Below are positions 13,301-23,800 of a stretch of DNA of 64,000 nucleotides, in pieces (the stretch's first letter is position 1; each line of letters starts with the position of its first letter). The stretch comes from Balanoglossus misakiensis. Taxonomy: Eukaryota; Animalia; Hemichordata. Position numbers and translations under genes: made by a program. Location of the stretch: NCBI GenBank assembly GCA_040954595.2, contig CM082585.2, positions 4,737,358 through 4,801,357 on the forward strand. The letters run 5' to 3'. Under the pieces are notes generated by a model. That model had not been told where the DNA came from, made no database searches, and saw only the letters and a program-made list of their open reading frames with translations.

Positions 13301-16286
13301 TTCCCCCTGCCTGTGTACCCTTCGTGTTCAGTCTTTTTTGCAGCTGTGGAAAAGTTTCCCCCCTGCCTGTATACCCTTCGTGTTCAGTCTTTTTTGCAGC
13401 AGTGGAAAAGTTTCCCCCTGCCTGTACCCTTCGTGTTCAGTCTTATTTGCAGCTGTGGAAAAGTTTCCCCCTGCCTGTACCCTTCGTGTTCAGTCTTTTT
13501 TGCAGCTGTGGAAAAGTTTCCCCCTGCCTGTACCCTTCGTGTTCAGTCATTTATGCAGCTGTGGAAAAGTTTCCCCCTGCCTGTGTACCCTTCGTGTTCA
13601 GTCTTTTTTGCAGCTGTGGAAAAGTTTCCCCCTGCCTGTACCCTTCGTGTTCAGTCTTTTTTGCAGCTGTGGAAAAGTTTCCCCCTGCCTGTACCCTTCG
13701 TGTTCAGTCTTTTTTGCAGCTGTGGAAAAGTTTCCCCCTGCCTGTATACCCTTCGTGTTCAGTCTTTTTTGCAGCTGTGGAAAAGTTTCCCCCCTGCCTG
13801 TGTACCCTTCGTGTTCAGTCTTTTTTGCAGCTGTGGAAAAGTTTCCCCCTGCCTGTGTACCCTTCGTGTTCAGTCTTTTTTGTAGCTGTGGAAAAGTTTC
13901 CCCCTGCCTGTATACCCTTCGTGTTCAGTCTTTTTTGTAGCTGTGGAAAAGTTTCCCCCTGCCTGTATACCCTTCGTGTTCAGTCTTTTTTGTAGCTGTG
14001 GAAAAGTTTCCCCCCTGCCTGTATACCCTTCGTGTTCAGTCTTTTTTGTAGCTGTGGAAAAGTTTCCCCCCTGCCTGTATACCCTTCGTGTTCAGTCTTT
14101 TTTGTAGCTGTGGAAAAGTTTCCCCCCTGCCTGTATACCCTTCGTGTTCAGTCTTTTTTGTAGCTGTGGAAAAGTTTCCCCCCTGCCTGTATACCCTTCG
14201 TGTTCAGTCTTTTTTGTAGCTGTGGAAAAGTTTCCCCCCTGCCTGTATACCCTTCGTGTTCAGTCTTTTTTGTAGCTGTGGAAAAGTTTCCCCCCTGCCT
14301 GTATACCCTTCGTGTTCAGTCTTTTTTGCAGCTGTGGAAAAGTTTCCCCCTGCCTGTACCCTTCGTGTTCAGTCTTTTTTGCAGCTGTGGAAAAGTTTCC
14401 CCCTGCCTGTACCCTTCGTGTTCAGTCTTTTTTGCAGCTGTGGAAAAGTTTCCCCCTGCCTGTACCCTTCGTGTTCAGTCTTTTTTGCAGCTGTGGAAAA
14501 GTTTCCCCCTGCCTGTACCCTTCGTGTTCAGTCTTTTTTGCAGCTGTGGAAAAGTTTCCCCCTGCCTGTACCCTTCGTGTTCAGTCTTTTTTGCAGCTGT
14601 GGAAAAGTTTCCCCCTGCCTGTATACCCTTCGTGTTCAGTCTTTTTTGTAGCTGTGGAAGAGTTTCCCCCCTGCCTGTATACCCTTCGTGTTCAGTCTTT
14701 TTTGTAGCTGTGGAAAAGTTTCCCCCTGCCTGTACCCTTCGTGTTCAGTCTTTTTTGCAGCTGTGGAAAAGTTTCCCCCCTGCCTGTATACCCTTCGTGT
14801 GCAGTCTTTTTTGTAGCTGTGGAAAAGTTTCCCCCTGCCTGTACCCTTCGTGTTTAGTCTTTTTTGCAGCTGTGGAAAAGTTTCCCCCTGCCTGTATACC
14901 CTTCGTGTTCAGTCTTTTTTGCAGCTGTGGAAAAGTTTCCCCCTGCCTGTATACCCTTCGTGTTCAGTCTTTTTTGCAGCTGTGGAAAAGTTTCCCCCTG
15001 CCTGTATACCCTTCGTGTTCAGTCTTTTTTGCAGCTGTGGAAAAGTTTCCCCCCTGCCTGTATACCCTTCGTGTTCAGTCTTTTTTGTAGCTGTGGAAAA
15101 GTTTCCCCCTGCCTGTACCCTTCGTGTTCAGTCTTTTTTGCAGCTGTGGAAAAGTTTCCCCCTGCCTGTACCCTTCGTGTTCAGTCTTTTTTGCAGCTGT
15201 GGGAAAGTTTCCCCCTGCCTGTACCCTTCGTGTTCAGTCTTTTTTGCAGCTGTGGAAAAGTTTCCCCCCTGCCTGTATACCCTTCGTGTTCAGTCTTTTT
15301 TGCAGCTGTGGAAAAGTTTCCCCCTGCCTGTACCCTTCGTGTTCAGTCTTTTTTGCAGCTGTGGAAAAGTTTCCCCCTGCCTGTATACCCTTCGTGTTCA
15401 GTCTTTTTTGCAGCTGTGGAAAAGTTTCCCCCTGCCTGTACCCTTCGTGTTCAGTCTTTTTTGCAGCTGTGGAAAAGTTTCCCCCTGCCTGTACCCTTCG
15501 TGTTCAGTCTTTTTTGCAGCTATGGAAAAGTTTCCCCCTGCCTGTACCCTTCGTGTTCAGTCTTTTTTGCAGCTATGGAAAAGTTTCACGCTGCCTGTGT
15601 ACCCTTCGTGTTCAGTCTTTTTTGCAGCTGTGGAAAAGTTTCCCCCTTCCTGTACCCTTCGTGTTCAGTCTTTTTTGCAGCTGTGGAAAAGTTTCCCCCT
15701 GCCTGTACCCTTCGTGTTCAGTCTTTTTTGCAGCTATGGAAAAGTTTCCCCCTGCCTGTATACCCTTCGTGTTCAGTCTTTTTTGTAGCTGTGGAAAAGT
15801 TTCCCCCCTGCCTGTATACCCTTCGTGTTCAGTCTTTTTTGCAGCTGTGGAAAAGTTTCCCCCTGCCTGTATACCCTTCGTGTTCAGTCTTTTTTGTAGC
15901 TGTGGAAAAGTTTCCCCCTGCCTGTACCCTTCGTGTTCAGTCTTTTTTGCAGCTGTGGAAAAGTTTCCCCCTGCCTGTACCCTTCGTGTTCAGTCTTTTT
16001 TGCAGCTGTGGAAAAGTTTCCCCCTGCCTGTACCCTTCGTGTTCAGTCTTTTTTGCAGCTGTGGAAAAGTTTCCCCCTGCCTGTATACCCTTCGTGTTCA
16101 GTCTATGGAAAAGTTTCCCCCTGCCTGTACCCTTCGTGTTCAGTCTTTTTTGCAGCTGTGGAAAAGTTTCCCCCTGCCTGTGTACCCTTCGTGTTCAGTC
16201 TTTTTTGCAGCTGTGGAAAAGTTTCCCCCTGCCTGTATACCCTTCGTGTTCAGTCTTTTTTGCAGCTGTGGAAAAGTTTCCCCCTG
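10336..16286. repeat. Satellite array of ~53-56 bp units (~105-110 copies): cccttcgtgttcagtcttttttg(c/t)agctgtggaaaagtttccccctgcctgta(ta)
   Basis: Direct tandem repetition. Unit length is variable and mostly not a multiple of 3, so the long ORFs across it are artefacts. Confidence 0.97.
10397..10440. mobile_element. 44-bp mini element TAGCTCTGCG..CGCAGAGCTA (second copy at 10564-10607)
   Basis: 10-bp TIR; flanks tttcccttc / attcccttc (9-bp TSD with one mismatch). Confidence 0.65.
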
Positions 16287-16415
16287 CTCACCACTTCACT
16301 GCCTATTGAAAAAAATCCCGACCCCAAGTTCACCCGATGTGCAGTCTGTCTTCCGCATAAAAAGTCTTTCTGTCAAATTATTAAGCATTCCAACTATTGA
16401 AGCATCATATAAATG

Positions 16416-16493
16416 TAACCCTGCGTACAGGTCTGTGTGTTCCCAGCGTTACACATGTAACATCGGGAACACACAGACCTGTACGCAGAGCTA
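16416..16493. mobile_element. 78-bp palindromic mini element with 10-bp TSD
   Basis: Perfect 24-bp stem ctgcgtacaggtctgtgtgttccc / gggaacacacagacctgtacgcag; TA..TA termini; TSD catataaatg at 16406-16415 and 16494-16503. Confidence 0.85.
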
Positions 16494-16599
16494 CATATAA
16501 ATGGTGCAATGGAAACTATAGTAGTATAAATTACCGTATTTGACGGTAAACTCACCTTTAAGTTGACGCCGTTTATCCAATTATCCGATCGTAGTATGT

Positions 16600-17180
16600 C
16601 ACCCATATCGGCGCAGTTATAATTGATTGAATCAGTCATTTACACCTTGCCTGTCAGCTATACACCGAGTTCCACGTAACAGTCGAGTGTAGATCAGCAA
16701 AAAGCTGTCGGAAAACTGTCCCGAAAACGACAACAGTGCACGCAAAATCCGCGATCGATCTAGCAGGCAAGCGAAACAAACACGTGTTATTGTGAATGTT
16801 TACATTGTCTTTAGTTCAGGCGAGGTCAAGTCATCTGAGGACGCTCAACACAGCATCGAGAAAATTGAAAAAAAATTACACGATAACGCCTTCTAAAGAA
16901 CCCTCTTTGTACAACTTCGTTTAGATGAGAAGTCCCTTTGTTTAAAATAAGCGATATTTTATAAAAAATAGTCACGATATCATGGTATTTTCGGCGATTT
17001 ATGCCTACCCGGAATAAATTCTACAGCAAATTGACCGCTGACGAGCAGGGACGACTGCGCATGCAAAAGGGGTGTGTTCTGCGCAGGTGGAAACTATTCC
17101 ACAGCGGATAAAATAATTCATGACACCAGCATTCGCGCACATTTTTCGGAACTGACACAATAGGCAATGCATAGACAGGT
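16600..17180 (+). promoter_or_regulatory. Candidate promoter / first exon of the ROCO gene
   Basis: CpG-enriched; NRF1-like ctgcgcatgc at ~17055. A possible phase-0 start micro-exon ATG CAT AGA CAG|gt at 17167-17178 is compatible with the phase-0 exon at 17815. Confidence 0.35.
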
Positions 17181-17814
17181 ACCCTACATGTAGGTGAGCT
17201 TTTGACGGGGAAAAATGAAAACTTTTCAAAGCATGTCATAGACACTTTAATTTGCTTTGCAATTAGTTATTTGTGTTTTATATTCATGCTTCGATGTGAG
17301 TACAAAATGAATGCACTGATTTCAATAGGCGATTCCAGGGATGTCGTGGGCTGGTGAATGTTATATTGACCAGTTGCCAAGGCTACCTGGTCCAATGAAA
17401 CCAGCCTGGTGAGGCATGTAATGATTTTATTTTTGCCTGACTACACAGGCTTATGGGCCCAAATGGAGAGAAAATGGTCTTTTTTTATTACCTTGAATAT
17501 TGGATACGAAAAAATATAATTGTATACCGGCATTTTCTGTAATAGCTTTTTTAAATAAGAGGGTGTTTTTACTTATTTCTCCTATATTTTTCGAAATAAT
17601 GTGGCTTTTTGTTGAAAAGTCCTGAAAAGGCAATCTTCTAGTCTAGTGTTTACTCAGGATATGAAGTCATCATTTTATCCACAGTGATGGTAGGTTTGTC
17701 TTCATAATTTTTCATTAATGAAGATTTCAATGTTTTCCCATTATATTGTTGCTGTTTATGATTGCATTTTGAAAATATATTAACAGGTTTATATTTGCTT
17801 ATTGAATGTTACAG

Positions 17815-20800
17815 GTTCTCATCAATGCCGCAAGGGATGGTGACATTGAAAAGATTGAGGCACTGATAACTGATGGATATGATGTCAATGCAAGGGGTAG
17901 ATATGTGGCCCCCTACGAGACTTTGGTAAGTGCTTATATTTAGAGAATAATGAACGCCCCAAAGACCCATAATGGACGAAAGCACACATTGTGCGTCATA
18001 ATATACGAGGCGAAGCCGAGTATATTATGGAGCACAATGTGTGCTTGAGTCCATTATGGGTCTTTGGGGCGTTCATTATTCTCATTATTTTATAGTTTTG
18101 TCAATGCCAGTGAATTTGCAGACTTCAAAAAGTATAGGTGCGAACAATTCAGACTCGGACACGGAGATCGAGAACAGAGCAATGGCGTACGCGTAAACAA
18201 AAGGTCACCTGATCGTGGTGTGTCAGTGTACTGTACATTTCTAGTATCATCGATAAATAATGAAGGTTTATTTACGCATGTGAAAATTCATTTAAGGGTT
18301 CTGCTGAAATATATCTGAAAAAGTTTCGATTTTTGTGTAATCTTGGGGAGGACTCGGGGAATATTTGAATTCGTTTGCGTTCTCAGGAAAGTTCACGTAT
18401 ACGGGCGCTCGGAAGGTTGCAATACATAAACAAACTCGCCCTCGATCGACCCTCCGTACCGCGTAGACAACATGACAAGTGACACTTGCGGCATATTTTT
18501 TTTACGTATAGCTTCGTTGACATGACTGCTTGGTACATGGTACATGGTATGTATGGTGAACGAATGTCAAATCCAGCATCATCGAGAAGTTTGCTTTACG
18601 TGCGTGAGCGAGCCATGTTGACTGCGCGTGATTCAAGAGCAGACGACATGTAATGCAGCCGTAGGAAGAAAAAATAAACAAAACGCCAGTCGAGGACAGA
18701 TTTGGAAATTAATAAATATCGCCGTATTTATTCTGTGTACGTTTGCATTTCTTTTTTAGCCCTTAAAATGTTCGCATTGTTTGAAATCCTCCGTTATTCA
18801 GTCGGAAATTGTACACGTCCACTGGTTCTTGGGCGCGTCGCGCGTCCATCGAATAACACGATACATTATCAGTAATAATGTATAGCTATGACGTCACAAA
18901 ATTCACTGGTATTGATAAAGCTATAATATAATGGCTGTTCAATAAAGAGTCCTCCATAGTAACAATAACACACAAGGATTTAATCCACACATGAAACAGC
19001 AACGAGTTTGAATTCTAATATCAGAATTGTAATTTCCACATTATTTAATTGCAATATGAAATACATTATAAAACTTATAAAGCTAGCTCTTCTCTTGAAA
19101 GTAACCTGTGTCCAATAAAAGGTGAAGAGATGCAATAACCACCGGTCTTGCTGAGAGATGATATCATCAACATGTTTTCAAATGACGTTTGCATCGATTA
19201 ATGTTGAAATTTGCAAAGAAGTAGTCTGCTGGGTTTTTTTATAAAAAAATAAGAGTTAACAGCAGCTGGATGCCCATCTAGATTTTAAATCTCACTTTCA
19301 TAATATTTTAAGGATTCCACTGTATCGTGTTGCCATGCCAATATGTCAACCTGGTTTATCTCATTCAAAAACAGTTTCACTTGAAATGCTTAGCAATACA
19401 TGAATTGTTTGAGTTACTCAAATGGAAAACATAGTTCAACGTCTTCATTCCAGAATGATTGGACAGCATTGCATGCAGTGTCCAGGGTAGGTGGATTGGA
19501 TGCTGTCAGGGTGTTGATTAGCCATCGTGCAGACATCAATGCTAAGGATGAGGTACGTGAACTGACTTATTACTTCATTTATAGGGCTAATGAAAGTGGC
19601 TACACATGTTGATTGACTTCATGACATATACAGTAGAAACTCTGGATGAATCTTTCATGGACAGTCATGAAACATTTCTTTTATAGAGTGTCATTTAAAC
19701 CATGCATAAAATCAAATGTTTTCTCTTGCTGCAAAGAGTGTGCAAATAGTCATTTCTTTTTAGTGAACGGCCACTACAGATACATATCAAGAGCTTATTA
19801 TACCGTATTATGCATGCATACTCCAAAAACTCAAAACCAGACATTTTATTTTATTGTTCATCACTGCAGAGGCCCATTCAAAAACTTGGCTCTAAACCAA
19901 GTATTGAACATCATTGATATCAGTTTCTTGGTACTGAATCATCTATGGTTATCAAATTGGGAATAAACAGTTTATTAATAACTCATTGGGAATTCATTAG
20001 TTATGTTGGCAGCTTTTGTTCTGCAAAGACAAATTGACAAAGACAAGCCATATAGAAAGCTTATCATAACAACAGATTCCTAATGAAGTACTCACCAGTG
20101 ATATCACCTCAGAAGTGGTATGTTTTAAGCCAGCTTAAACCCTACCTGACTACAAATATTTTTTATTGTCTTCATTGAGGACAAATCAGATCAGCTAATC
20201 TGCAATCTGATTGCACTGCTGATGACTATACATCTGTTGAAGGCAGTGCCTCCTATAGGGTCAACTACGGAATTTGCTTTTAATGACACTACAGGTGTCC
20301 TAAAAGGAAACGCATAAATACCAAATCAGACGTTAGTCAAAACTGAGACAAACCAATATGGATACTGTAACAATGTAGCTAATCAGTTATCATGCTGAAC
20401 CCAGACTATTATTATTAGAGCTAGGCTAGAGACAGGAACCTAATGGTAGTCGATAAAGAAATACGACTTTGGCTGTTTAAAGTCTGAAATCCAGAGAATA
20501 AAACATCCGTTTCTGTATTTGTGATATAGCTGACACTTTCTGTAATTGTACTTATTTATTTTTTCTGTAGGTGTGTGTGTGTGTTTGTTTGTTTGTTTGT
20601 TTGTTTGTTTGTTTGTTTACATTTCAATTTTTGTGACATTGTTCTCATGCTCCTCCTTCATTACTTACAGTATGGAGACACACCTTTACACATTGTTGCA
20701 AGGTTTGGTGATGAAGGCCGTGTCAGATTGTTATTAGAACACAAAGCTGATGTAACCATACAAAACAAGGTAAATACCAACCTGACTTCTACAGGTTATT

Positions 20801-23800
20801 GCTACTAAACACAATCCTAAACATTTGTTTGTTTGTTTGTTTGTTTAAGGAAACCCCACATTACATTTCAACTTTTGTGACATAATTTTGTTCTCATGCT
20901 CCTCCTTCATTACTTACAGGATGGAGACACACCTTTGCACTCTGCTGCAAGGTTTGGTGATGAAGGCCGTGTCAGATTGTTATTAGAACACAAAGCTGAT
21001 GTAACCATACAAAACAAGGTAAATACCAACCTGACTTCTACAGGTTATTGCTACTCAACACAATCCTAAACATTTGTTTGTTTGTTTAAGGAAACCTCAC
21101 GATACATTTGAATTGTTGTGACATTGTTCTCATGCTCCTCCTTCATTACTTACAGTATGGAGACACACCTTTACACTCTGCAGCAAGGTATGGTGATGAA
21201 GGCCGTGTCAGTTTGTTATTGGAACACAAAGCTGATGCTAACATACAAAACAAGGTAAATACCAACCTGACTTCTCCAGGTTATTGCTACTCAACACAAT
21301 CATAAACATGTGTCTCTTTGTTTGTTTATTTATTTGCTATTTTAAAGGAAATCTCACATGATTAACATTTCAATTTTTGTGACATTGTTCTCATGCTCCT
21401 CCTTCATTACTTACAGGATGGAGACACACCTTTGCACTCTGCAGCAAGGTATGTTGATGAAGGCCGTGTCAGTTTGTTATTGGAACACAAAGCTGATGCT
21501 AACATACAAAACAAGGTAAATACCAACCTGACTTCTCCAGGTTATTGCTACTCAACACAATCATAAACATGTGTCTCTTTGTTTGTTTATTTATTTGCTA
21601 TTTTAAAGGAAATCTCACATGATTAACATTTCAATTTTTGTGACATTGTTCTCATGCTCCTCCTTCATTACTTACAGGATGGAGACACACCTTTGCACTC
21701 TGCAGCAAGGTATGGTGATGAAGGCCGTGTCAGTTTGTTATTGGAACACAAAGCTGATGCTAACATACAAAACAAGGTAAATACCAACCTGACTTCTCCA
21801 GGTTATTGCTACTCAACACAATCATAAACATGTGTCTCTTTGTTTGTTTATTTATTTGCTATTTTAAAGGAAATCTCACATGATTAACATTTCAATTTTT
21901 GTGACATTGTTCTCATGCTCCTCCTTCATTACTTACAGGATGGAGACACACCTTTGCACTCTGCAGCAAGTTTTGGTGATGAAGGCCGTGTCAGATTGTT
22001 ATTAGAACACAAAGCTGATGTAACCATACAAAACAAGGTAAATACCAACCTGACTTCTACAGGTTATTGCTACTCAACACAATCCTAAACATTTGTTTGT
22101 TTGTTTGTTTGTTTGTTTGTTTGTTTAAGGAAACCCCACATTACATTTCAACTTTTGTGACGTAATATTGTTCTCATGCTCCTCCTTCATTACTTACAGG
22201 ATGGAGACACACCTTTGCACTCTGCTGCAAGGTTTGGTGATGAAGGCCGTGTCAGATTGTTATTGGAACACAAAGCTGATGCTAACATACAAAACAAGGT
22301 AAATACCAACCTGACTTCTCCAGGTTATTGCTACTCAACACAATCATAAACATGTGTCTCTTTGTTTGTTTATTTATTTGCTATTTTAAAGGAAATCTCA
22401 CATGATTAACATTTCAATTTTTGTGACATTGTTCTCATGCTCCTCCTTCATTACTTACAGGATGGAGACACACCTTTGCACTCTGCAGCAAGGTATGTTG
22501 ATGAAGGCCGTGTCAGTTTGTTATTGGAACACAAAGCTGATGCTAACATACAAAACAAGGTAAATACCAACCTGACTTCTCCAGGTTATTGCTACTCAAC
22601 ACAATCATAAACATGTGTCTCTTTGTTTGTTTATTTATTTGCTATTTTAAAGGAAATCTCACATGATTAACATTTCAATTTTTGTGACATTGTTCTCATG
22701 CTCCTCCTTCATTACTTACAGAATGGAGACAAACCTTTGCACTCTGCAGCAAGTTTTGGTGATGAAGGCCGTGTCAGATTGTTATTAGAACACAAAGCTG
22801 ATGTAACCATACAGAACAAGGTAAATACCAACGTGACTTCTACAGGTTATTGCTACTCAACACAATCCTAAACATTTGTTTGTTTGTTTGTTTGTTTGTT
22901 TGTTTGTTTAAGGAAACCCCACATTACATTTCAACTTTTGTGACATAATATTGTTCTCATGCTCCTCCTTCATTACTTACAGTATGGAGACACACCTTTA
23001 CACATTGCTGCAGCAGCAAGGTTTGGTGATGAAGGCCGTGTCAGATTGTTATTGGAACACAAAGCTGATGTAACCATACAAAACAAGGTAAATACCAACC
23101 TGACTTCTACAGGTTATTGCTACTCAACACAATCATAAACATTTGTTTGTTTGTTTGTTTGTTTAAGGAAACCCCACATTACATTTCAATTTTTGTGACA
23201 TTGTTCTCATGCTCCTCCTTCATTACTTACAGTATGGAGACACCCCTTTACACTCTGCAGCAAGATGGTTTGGTGATGAAGGCCGTGTCAGATTGTTATT
23301 GAAACACAAAGCTGATGTAACCATACAAAACAAAGTAAATACCAACCTGACTTCTACAGATTATTGCTACTCAACACAATCCTAAACATTTGTTTGTTTG
23401 TTTGTTTGTTTAAGGAAACCTCACGATACATTTGAATTGTTGTGACATTGTTCTCATGCTCCTCTGTCATTACTTACAGTATCGAGACACCCCTTTACAC
23501 TATGCAGCTGGGTCTGGTGATGAAGGCCGTGTCAGTTTGTTATTGGAACACAAAGCTGATGCTAACATACAAAACATGGTAAATACCAACCTGACTTCTC
23601 CAGGTTATTGCTACTCAACACAATCATAAACATTTGTTTGTTTGTTTGTTTGTTTGTTTATTTGCTATTTTAAAGGAAATCTCACATGATTAACATTTCA
23701 ATTTTTGTGATATTGTTCTCATGCTCCTGATCATTCATTACTTACAGAATGGAGACACACCTTTGCACTCTGCAGCAAGGTATGGTGATGAAGGCCCTGT

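Noticed and set aside
10336-16286. CRISPR array, or Cys-rich proteins from the long ORFs
   Set aside because: There are no unique spacers and the context is eukaryotic. The ORFs cycle through all three frames of a 53-56 bp unit, so they are satellite artefacts.
16421-16488. Pre-miRNA or terminator hairpin
   Set aside because: The 10-bp TSD and a terminus shared with other mini elements explain it as a MITE.
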